NCBI RefSeq assembly: GCF_006345805.1
Contig: NC_043004.1
Location: 48,484,001 to 48,548,000 of the forward strand
Origin: Octopus sinensis
Lineage: Eukaryota
Direction: 5' to 3'
Length of the DNA stretch: 64,000 nt
The notes beneath the pieces were generated by a model. That model worked only from the letters and a program-made list of their open reading frames with translations. It had not been told where the DNA came from and ran no database searches. Every line of letters begins with the position of its first letter. The stretch's first letter is position 1. Shown here piece by piece: positions 53,849 to 64,000 of the stretch. The position numbers and the translations under genes were made by a program.

Positions 53849-53939
53849 GTAAGTGGAAAAAAAAAACCAACAAAAAATAACGTTATCTTTGTTTACGTTC
53901 AACATCCCCACATCCCCCAATCAAATGTATATATACCTA

Positions 53940-55080
53940 AAAATTGCGTATACTATAATATATATGTATATATATATGTATGTACATACAATAAATTTAA
54001 AATAAATGTATATAATAATAATATATGCATATAATCCTAAGTATATATATATATATCGTTATATATCTATGTAATGTACACACACGTGAAATAAAATATA
54101 TAGAAATGTAAAATAAACTTTATACATATAACTATACAAATGTATAGAAATTGTACGTGTGTATATATATATGTATATATATATATACATATATATACGT
54201 AACAAATATGTGTATCTATATAATATATATATATATTTATAAAAATGTAAAAATTAACGCAATATAAATATAAAAATGTTTATACATTATATATATATAT
54301 ATTTATACACAATATAAATATATGTATATTATACACAATATAAATATTAAAATGTTTATACATATATATATTCGCTTTTTATAATGAAATGGGTTGGACG
54401 GTCCATAGCAATTTTACACACTTCCTAAGAGCTACTGCTCCTAAATACTAGTGCTTGAACTTGTCATTTTGGGTCAGTTTCTGTGGCTGGATGCCCTTCC
54501 TATTGCCAACAAATTTACAACGTGCGCTGGGTACACTTCCCCATGACACTGGAGTACTCGGTAACCTTAAGGCGTGTAGATTGGGGAGAAGAAAAGGGAG
54601 AGGGAGCAATGACAGCAGAAAGGCCAGAAATGGTTAGTCAAGTAATATATCACCAGTATATATATACACACATATATATATATATACATACTTATATATA
54701 TGTATACATGTATATATACAATGTATGTATATATATGTATATATATATATTTATATATATATGTATATATATTTATGTATATGTATGTATATATATATAT
54801 GTATGTATGTATAAATATATGTATGTATGCATATATATATGTATGCATCCATATATGTATATATATATATGTATGTATATGTGTGTATATATATATATAT
54901 ATGTATATATTTATAATGTCTATATATGTGTGTGTGTTTATATATACATATATAAAATAATACATAATTATACTACTATTTATATGTAAATAAATGTGTG
55001 TGTATATATAATTCATAAGTCATACTACATATATATGTGAGTAAATATATATGTGTGTGTGTGTATATATATGCATTAAT
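53940..55080. repeat. AT-rich microsatellite blocks at the start of ATG10 intron 1
   Basis: Direct inspection. Confidence 0.85.
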
Positions 55081-55089
55081 TTATTCTAT

Positions 55090-56040
55090 ACATAAGGCTG
55101 TGGTTATGGGGCATGTTTTCCAAGCCTATGGTTTCAGGTTCAATCTCACTACATGGCACCTTGGGCAAGCGTCTTCTACTTTAGTTCTGAGCAAACTGAT
55201 ACTGTGTGGGTGAATTTGGCAGACAGAAACTGTAAGGAAGCCTACTGTATACACACATGTACACGCACACACACATACATATAATGTATGTTGGGGGTGG
55301 GACATGTTTGTGTTGTGCATGTCCTACTCACCACTCGGCAACCAGTGTTGGTTTGTTTATATCCCTGTAACTTAGCAGCTCAGCATACTTCACACTATAT
55401 GTACTGGTGTCACTTTGTTCAACTAAACTCTTCAAAGCAGCACCCCAGCATGGCTGCACCCCAATGGATAAACAATACAAATATCATATAGGTGCAGACA
55501 TGTGTGTGTGGTTAAAAAGTTCACTTCACACCCATGTGGTATCAGGTTCTAACCCCCTACTCAGCATCTAGGGGGGTCTTTTACAATAATTATAGTCCAA
55601 CCAGTGCCATGAGTGAATTCAGGAGACAAAAACTATAAAAAGTTTGTTATATTTATATATAGGCACAGGCGTGGCTGTGTGATAAGAAGCTTGCTTCCCA
55701 GCCACAAGGTTCCAGGTTCAGTCCCATTGCATGGCACCTTGGGCAAGTGTCTTCTGCTATAATCTCGGGCCATCCAAAGCTTTGTGAGTGGATTTGGTAG
55801 ACGGAAACTGAAAGAAACCTGTCGTATATATCTATATTAACGTGTGTGTCTGTGTTTGTTCCCCCATCACCGTTTGACAAATGGTGTTTATGTCCCTGTA
55901 ACTTAGCGGTTCAGCAAAAGAGACCGAAAGAATAAGGCTTATGAAATAAGTCCTAAGGTCGATTTCTTCGACTAGAAAACCCTTCGTGGTTGTGCTCCAG
56001 CATGGCCACAATTAAATGATTGAAACAAGTAAAAGAATAT
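55090..56040 (+). mobile_element. Three consecutive SINE family A copies (about 55090-55490, 55495-55640 partial, 55663-56040)
   Basis: Repeated ggctgtg...ggttcagtccc...ttgggcaagtgtcttct...gatttggtagacggaaactg blocks. Confidence 0.8.
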
Positions 56041-56380
56041 ATGTGTGTGTGTGCGCGCGTGTATATATATGTGTGTATGTGTGTGTGTGATAAACAAACT
56101 TAAGAAGACCTAAATGTGTTGGTATTTTACAGACAAGAAAGTAAATTTCGAATGCAGTAGAGCTGTGAAAACAGGAGACAAAGATTGGGTATTTACCCTT
56201 AGAAGACGGAAAATAAAGTTGCCAGCAGGCAACTATGGGAAGTTGAGCCCCATACCACCCCTCAGATACAGACTGAGTGCTCTAATCATTAAGCTAAAAG
56301 GCCCCTAACATATAGATATATGTATGTGTGTATATGCATGTATATATATGTATCTATGTGTGAAGATATATATATATATA

Positions 56381-56765
56381 GGCGCAGGAGTAGCTGTGTG
56401 GTAAGTAGCTTGCTTACCAACCACATGGTTCCGGGTTCAGTCCCACTGCGTGGCATCTTGGGCAAGTGTCTTCTATTATAGCCTTGGGCCAACCAAAGCC
56501 TTGTGAGTGGATTTGGTAGATGGAAACTGAAAGAAGCCCGTCATATATATGTATATGTATATATATATGTGTCTGTGTTTGTCCCCCTAGCATTGCTTGA
56601 CAACCGATGCTGGTGTGTTTACGTCCCCGTCACTTAGCGGTTCGGCAAAATAGACCGATAGAATAAGTACTGGGCTTACAAAGAATAAGTCCCGGGGTCG
56701 ATTTGCTCGACTAAAGGCAGTGCTGCAGCATGGCCGCAGTCAAATGACTGAAACAAGTAAAAGAG
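56381..56765 (+). mobile_element. SINE family A, full-length
   Basis: Same A/B boxes, body and tail as the 18590 copy. Confidence 0.9.
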
Positions 56766-57230
56766 TATATATATATATATACATATATACATAATAAATT
56801 CAATGAATAGTCAACAGGAAGGAGTACACAGCTATTTAATAAACACTACACCTGTTTCGATATAACATAGATCCACATATACACAGGATTTAAGTTAAGC
56901 AACAGTTTACCTGTATAATGGGATCAATTGTATCTCCTCAAGTGATATATTATCGCTGTCCCCATAAGTAAATCTTTGACTTCGATGCTAACACATCCAA
57001 CTAAGCCTAGACTTTTGAATACTACTGGCTATTTGGTAATTCTAAGGGTGAACGAGCTCTATTTTGTACTCTGCTACATTCCTGATGGAATACACTTTAA
57101 ATATATACATATATATATATATATATCCTAGAAACAGCTGTAAGACCTATCTATAAATGTTCTAATATCTATACAGCCTTGGTTTTTTATCTTATTACAC
57201 AAAAAATTATTTTATATATATATATATATA

Positions 57231-57621
57231 GGCGCAGGAGTGGCTGTGTGGTAAGTAGCTTGCTAACCAATCACATGGTTCCGGGTTCAGTCCCACTGCG
57301 TGGCATCTTGGGCAAGTGTCTTCTGCTATAGTCCCGGGCCGACCAATGCCTTGTGAGTGGATTTGGTAGACGGAAACTGAAAGAAGCCTGTCGTATATAT
57401 GTATATATATGTATATGTGTGTGTGTTTGTGTGTCTGTGTTTGTCCCTCTAGCATTGCTTGACAACCGATGCTGGTGTGTTTACGTCGCCATCACTTAGC
57501 GGTTTGGCAAAAGAGACCGATAGAATAAGTACTGGGTTTACAAAGAATAAGTCCCGGGGTCGAGTTGCTCAACTAAAGGCGGTGCTCCAGTATGGCCACA
57601 GTCACGTGACTGAAACAAGTA

Positions 57622-57625
<4 letters not shown>
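57231..57625 (+). mobile_element. SINE family A, full-length
   Basis: Same A/B boxes, body and tail. Confidence 0.9.
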
Positions 57626-57650
<25 letters not shown>

Positions 57651-57652
<2 letters not shown>

Positions 57653-58319
57653 TGAGGGGAAGTCAAAAATTATCTGCACTTTTGCACTAACACACCTTTA
57701 TTATTGTCACTCTGTCTTCTGTGCATGCATGCTCATAGTTGGTACTATTGTGGTCGTGATCAAAGTTTGAGCCTGGTCCTGCCATTTTTCATCCTGGCTT
57801 TACAGTGTAAGCATGGCCGCTCCACTAGCAATGTGCATCAAAGAAGAACAAAGAGCAACAATCCGATTTCTCTGAGGGAAAGGTGTGTCAGGTGCTGAAA
57901 TTCATCAGAGGCTTTTAGCACAAAACGGGGACAGTGAACTATCACGTAAAAGTGTGTATGAGTGGATCAAGAAGTTTAAAAGTGGCTGGACAAGCATGAC
58001 ACATGAAGAGAGAGCAGGATGCCTGTCAACCTCCACTACTGACAAGAAATTTCAGCAAGCTCAAGAGATGGTAATGGTGAACCGGTTCACCATTACCATC
58101 TCTTGGACCACTGCTCTTTTTTCTTCTTAGTTGCACACTGCTAGTGGAGTGACCATACTTACACAGTAAAGGTAGAAAGAAAAAATGGTGTGATCAGGCT
58201 CAAACTTTGATCACATGACCACGATAGTACCAACTGTAAGCACACATATGCAGAAGGCAGTATGACTATAATAAACATGTTATGGTGAAAGTGCGGATAA
58301 TTTTTGACTTCTCTTCGTA
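57651..58319 (+). mobile_element. Non-autonomous mariner derivative with about 185-bp terminal inverted repeats
   Basis: Ends TA-tgaggggaagtcaaaaattatctgcac / gtgcggataatttttgacttctcttcg-TA. Internal decayed transposase HTH from the ATG at 57813 (EEQRATIRFL*...GAEIHQRL...SRKSVYEWIKKFKSG). 57651-57838 is inverted-repeated at 58132-58319. Confidence 0.88.
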
Positions 58320-58539
58320 TGTATGTGTGTGTGTATGTATGTATATATGTATTATATATAAGCCTGCTCCCGCTTAACTGATTTAGTCTCTTTATATTCC
58401 TTTGATGCACCGCTTCTAATTTACCAAAGGTACTCTAAGATTTTTATAATACTTTTGTGTTATGAAAGCATAGGGTTATGTGTATTTCTTATGCTGACTT
58501 ATATACAGATGTGTGTGTGTATTTATATATATAAATAAG

Positions 58540-61125
58540 CTGCTAACTAAAGTGGACATGTTGCATAACACTTGAATGGCTTCCAAGGTGTGCATGGAAT
58601 GTATGAGTATTCTACAAGGAATGAGGAGAGCTCAAGTTTCCTAGAGTTTTGCAATGCAAATGACCTAACCATTTTCAACACTAAAACTTCAGGACACCAA
58701 CCACCTGATTACCTACTAGTCAGATGAACAGAAAAGCAAAATAGACTTTATTGTCAACAGAAAATCAGCTAGACAGATGGTTGTGAAAGCCAAGTTTTTT
58801 CCCTGGGAAAAAATGTTCCACCCAATATTGGTTAGCAATTACTGATTCCAGAATAAATGCAAGACAGAACTAGAGGTTCGAGACATCTTGAAAATGGAAC
58901 AAATAGAAGTTTAAAAAGCTGTGAAACTGTCAGAAGTTCAGAAAATTACTACCTGAAGCATTTGATGAGAGATGGAGAGATAAAGACCTATGGGATACCC
59001 TGCTAAAGGCCACAGACTGGATATGAGGTTCGTCAAGACCTCAACTAGATGAATGGTGACATTGTACTGGAATAGTTTTTATATACCAGGTTTTAAAAGA
59101 TAAGAGACAAGCCAGGGCAAACTGGATGAAAAGGGATAGCAAAGAAAAATATCAAATTGCTGGATGAGATGCTAGACATTAGATATATACTTAGCTAGGA
59201 AAGATGCAAAAAGAAAGAAGTTTGCACATGTTCTGTAGTACAAGGATCAAAAGTATGTGGTGCCTAGAATAGCTGATAGCATTAGAGAGAATCATGATAT
59301 TATAAGGAAGTAGGGCTTACCAGCAGTAACTGAATTTTTTCTCACCAACACTGAAATGAAAGCAGCATGGAGATGCTGCTGAAGGTAGAGAATGAATGTG
59401 AAAGAGAGAAAATCTATGCCATGTAGACCCCAACAGAGGGAACAGCCATTTCACTTGACAGCAGTATGGTAGAGTGATTAAGGATATGAAGGCAGGGAAA
59501 GCAGTCGGCCCTTTGGAAATAGTTGCAACAGTTCTCAAAATGTCTGGTGAAATAGGGTATAGACTAGTTACTCAAACAATTCATCAGGTAATACAAGAAA
59601 ACAAAATACTCAAAAACTGGTGCACCAGCATCATTGTAAACTGTTACAAAAGCAAAGGAGATGCACAAGAGAGAGCAAATTACAGAAATCAAAGCAGGGC
59701 ATGAAAGTTTTTACAGAAATAACTCTTGCAAAGTTGATTAGGGACAATATAAATCTAGATTAGAAGTATTAGGAACAGGATAAGCCTTGATTTAGAAGTA
59801 TTTTAGCTTTGTACCAGGAAGAGGTATCACCCTTGCCATCTACCTATTTTGCACTTGCAAAAGAAAACCTTAGCTTGAAATAATCTTGGCATTTGAAGAC
59901 CTAGCGAAGACTTTCAACAGAATTCCTTAATCTGACACCTGGTGGGTGCTAAGGAAGCTAGATGTAGATAAATAGCTAGCGATGACTGTAAAAATCTTGT
60001 ACAGGAATGCACTCAGCAGGATGACAGTTAAAATGAATACAAGGAATTTAAGCATACAATTTGGGTTCTATATAGATTTGGTCTTCAGTCTTCTCCAGCT
60101 TATTATAGTCTTCTAAGCCATAACAGAAGGATTTAAGACTGGCTATCCCTGGGAAATTCTGTATATTGATGACTGTTTCTGTTATAAGGTAACAGAATCT
60201 ATAGAAGATTTGGAGAAGGAATTCCAGATGCGAGAACAAAACCTGGAATTGAAAGATGTTAAAGTCTACATAGCCAAGAAAAAAGTTATGCTAAATAGAA
60301 AAGAAGACAGGAGTCTGCTTGCCTTAGGAAAATGACTGATCATTATGCAGAAAAGGAATAAATAGAAACTCTATACAGTGTGCCCAGTGTAAATAATGGA
60401 CATGCAAGAAATGTAGTGGGATCATAGGCAGGCTGGGGAAAAGGCAGCCTTCATATGTGGCTAGTGTACAGGAGGATTAAACTCAAAAAGCACCCAAGAA
60501 ATAGTTTCTCTCAGCTGGTCAGGAGTCTTACTAAAAAATAGTCAATTGTTTTTGTTATGTAAGTAACATAATTGGCAGTGGAGGTAGTGGGTGTGTCTGA
60601 AAGCATAGTAGCCAGAGTGAAAATGGAGTGGAAAAAATTCAGGGTGTTACTACTTCTGAGGACAACAGTGGGCTTCTCTTACAGAGTGAAAGGCAGTTGA
60701 GTGATGCTTGTATCCAAAGTTCAGTGCTACATGGTATACCTGGACCTTGAAAGCAGAGTTTTTTTTTTGTGAAGGCTAGAAAGAACTGGGACAAGTATCC
60801 TTTGCTGGATGTGTAATGTCACTGCACATAAACTGCACAGTACAAATAACTTAAAAGTAAATTTGTGTACAAGAGGAATCATATGTAGTTTGCAAGAGAA
60901 AAAACTGCATTGATATGGTGGCATATGATACATGTAGATGATGATAGTGGCGAAAGGAAAAATAATAGTAGATGGTGCCTGTGGAAGAGGAAGACCAAAA
61001 AAACATGACTAAGTGGTGAAAATTAATCTCAAGATGAACCTCACAAAAAGGAATGACAAGGAACCATAACAATTGATGACACGTTCTCTTGGGCAAACAT
61101 GGCAGAGAGTAAATGCTAACAACGG
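58540..61125 (+). mobile_element. Degenerate RTE-clade LINE (APE + RT), heavily frameshifted, in ATG10 intron 1
   Basis: APE remnants (LEFCNANDLTIFNT, HLITY) and RT remnants MKAGKAVGPLEIVATVLKMSGE...WCTSIIVNCYKSKGDAQERANYR, AFEDLAKTFNRI, CPWEILYIDD-like, and GRPKKT at the 3' end. Confidence 0.85.
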
Positions 61126-63129
61126 GTGGGTTGGTGGTTGCGATACTCATGCAGCATTCACTCACTTCTCCCCTTCTGCTTCTCTTTCTCTTACTAGCCT
61201 CTTACAACAGCTTCTCTACCCAGGATGCTTTCAGTAAATCTTCATCCTCTGCACTTTTGCCAACCTCTATAGCACCCTCCAGTTTCTCTTTCTCTCAGTG
61301 CATTCACCAGTTGCTCCTCTGCCTCTCTTCCTTTCACTATCCCTGCTTCACAGTTTCCCTGCTGCCTCAACATCTACTCATTTCTCCCTCACTAACCTCC
61401 TCCTATGATCCCCACTCTTCTCTTTTCTTTAATGACTTTCTTCCCACAGCCACTCTCATCTCTTTCTTTCTTACATGTTCCTTTCCCTTCATATTCACCT
61501 TCATAATGTAAGATAGCCCTGGATCCATCTTGTATCCCTTCCATATTCCATCAAGAGTCAGTGTCTGTTATTCTCTCCACTACCGCTCTCTTGCAACAAC
61601 AAGTCTGTTCCTCTCAACAAATTTTATGATCTTGCTTAAAGTCAACACTCCTTGTCTTCTATTTCCTTTTCAGTTGCATGATACAAAGTGACCTCACTAG
61701 TGCTGGTGCTATGAAAACAAAAACCAGTACACTCTGTGAGGTAACTAGCATTACAAAGAGTATGCAGCCATAGAAATTATGTCAAAACTGAGATACTGTG
61801 ACACAATGCGGTCCTCCAACTTGTCAGATCTTGTCAAGCAATCCAAACTACAAAAAAATGGAAAGCAGATCTAAAATTTGTGTGTGTGTGATTATATATA
61901 TTCACACAAACACACATGTATACATATACAAATACATGTATACATATACACACACACAGATATATAAGTACATAGATATATATGTATATTATACATATAT
62001 AATGTATGTATGTATATATGGATAGATAGATAGATAGATAGATAGATATTCATATGTAAATATATTTACACAGATAATATATATGCATCTATATATAATG
62101 CTTTCCTAAATAAAAGTGCACTTCATTTTTGTAACTCTGAAGCAATAGAGTGATGCACAATCATTCAACTATGAGTGTATTGCATCTTATAGCAGAAACG
62201 GCTGTAAGCTAATGAAGTTCATAATATAATTTCTTATTCTGTTATCATTTTAATTTCTTATTACTGCTCTGTACTTGATTGATGCTTTGTTCTGAAACAT
62301 ACGTATATCAAGTTCTAACACTATTTGTAATTGTATAATATATACACAATGTATAATATACACACACACGGATCTATGAAATTTACTTGTGTGTGTGTAT
62401 ATATATACATATATATATATATATCATCCTCTTCATTTAACATCCATTGTCCTTTAAAATGATGATGATGATCATATATATATTTATAGGAATAAACCCA
62501 AAATCAAATGCTTATATTTTTAATGCATTTAGTACATACATTTCAATTAGTTATTTAATGGTTATCATACATAACTACTCAAAATGTGCATATTAAATGC
62601 ATTCAAAATATGAGCATTTGGTTTTGTGATTACCTCAGTATTACACAATTCATTAATCTTTCTAACAGTCTAGCCCGTCATTACTTGAGTAATTCAGTTA
62701 CAGTGGAAAATTAAACCAGACATTCAGCTGAAATCTTTTGGCAAATTTTTTTGTCGCAAAGTATACAACTTAATATACACACTGTCATAATCACTGTATT
62801 AATGTCTAATTTTTCATAATTGTATGGGTCAGAGAAAATTTACTGATGCAGAATCTCTATGTCTGGATGCTCTTCCTATTACCAACAAACTTGTTTCTAT
62901 GCACAGTAACATTTTCCCAGTAGTCCATATTTGTTTTTGCAGAAAATTGCAAACAAACATCACCACTTATACAGCAGTGAATCTCATTTGCAATTTACAG
63001 TATTGTAAATTTTGTTTCATAACCACCAATTCATATTACTAAGCAGTTTCATGTTGAAGAGCCTTCCAAGTGTAGAATGATATATTAACAATCATCGGAC
63101 AAAGCATTCGTTGTGAAAACGAAATTCCA

Positions 63130-63530
63130 GAGTAGCAAAAGACTGACTCAGTATATTGCTTCCCGACCACTTGATTCCAGATACAGTCCCACTGTGTGAC
63201 ACCTTGAGCAAGTGTCTTTTATATAGCCTCGGGCCAACCAAAGCCTTGTTAGTGGATTTGGTAAATGGAAACTGAAAGAAGCCTGTTGTGTATGCATATA
63301 TATATGTATATGTGTGTCTTTGTGTCTGTGTTTGTCCCACACCACTGCTTGACAACCAGTGTTAGTGTGTGCTTACATCCCCTTAACTTAGTGTTTCAGT
63401 AAAAAGAGACCGATAGAATAAGTACTAGGCTTCAAAAAAAAAAAAAGTACTAGGGCTAAGTTGCTAGACTAAAACCCTTCAAGGCAGCGCCCCAGGATGG
63501 CCACAGTCAAATGACTGAAACAGGTAAAGA
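63130..63530 (+). mobile_element. SINE family A copy
   Basis: cagtcccactgtgtgacaccttgagcaagtgtc...gatagaataagtact...aaatgactgaaacag. Confidence 0.8.
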
Positions 63531-64000
63531 TGGAAGATATATATATGATGGTTGCCCCCTCGTTATCGAGTATGGCCGTTGCACGAAGCTTAACTGTTAT
63601 TGGTGCTGTGATCGAATGTGACTTTTTAGCCCAGCTAAAGATCTACAATGTCTTGTACAGAATTGGCAGCTAAAACCTTTACCGGTAATAGCTGGCTGTA
63701 GTTGTAACTGGGCTTCACGTATGTATATATATATATATATATATATACATACATACAATTTGACAGGAGCTGGCAAGCCAGAAGACTGCTCCAAGCTCAA
63801 CAGCCTGCTTTGGTATGGTTTCTATGGCTGGATGCCCTTCCAATTACCTATTTCTTTACTACCCACAAGGGGCTAAACACAGAGGACAAACAAGGACAGA
63901 CACACGGATTAAGTTGATTATATCGACCCCAGTGCGTAACTGGTACTTATTTAATCAACCCCGAAAGGGTGAATGGCAAAGTCGACCTTGGCGGAATTTG

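Noticed and set aside
56114-56308. Plus-strand ORF as ATG10 exon 2
   Set aside because: The nearest acceptor gives an immediate stop in phase 0 (ACA AGA AAG TAA), and the open frame lacks ATG10 motifs.
61113-61620. 132-aa Leu/Ser-rich ORF after the RTE element
   Set aside because: CT-rich low-complexity sequence with no recognisable domain or splice context.

Overview
AT-rich, microsatellite-laden metazoan genomic DNA. The SINE/MITE repertoire and (TA)n/(CA)n load are typical of an Octopus (coleoid cephalopod) genome; this species call is an inference. Two genes lie head-to-head. On the minus strand are coding exons 1-4 of an SSBP2/3/4 (SSDP) gene encoding the complete N-terminal LUFS/LisH domain (MYAKGKG...AREK|LALYVYEY...FLSE|IRWEKN...HSWWC|VFWDLYC...AFHDY), all with canonical GT-AG sites and compatible phases. 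Intron 4 then runs >36 kb to the window edge. On the plus strand, 2.1 kb from the SSBP start codon, is a probable first coding exon of ATG10, the same divergent neighbour that SSBP2 has on human 5q14. The rest is intron filled with tRNA-derived SINEs, RTE/CR1/Penelope fragments, mariner remnants, TTAA-flanked and hAT-like MITEs, and simple repeats. Almost all ORFs in the supplied track are low-complexity artefacts. Best leads: the SSBP-ATG10 bidirectional pair, an extra exon in SSBP intron 1 (alternative first or poison exon), a uORF whose stop overlaps the ATG10 start, two MITEs with perfect TSDs at one site, a tandem SINE array, and a mariner MITE built from a duplicated left end.
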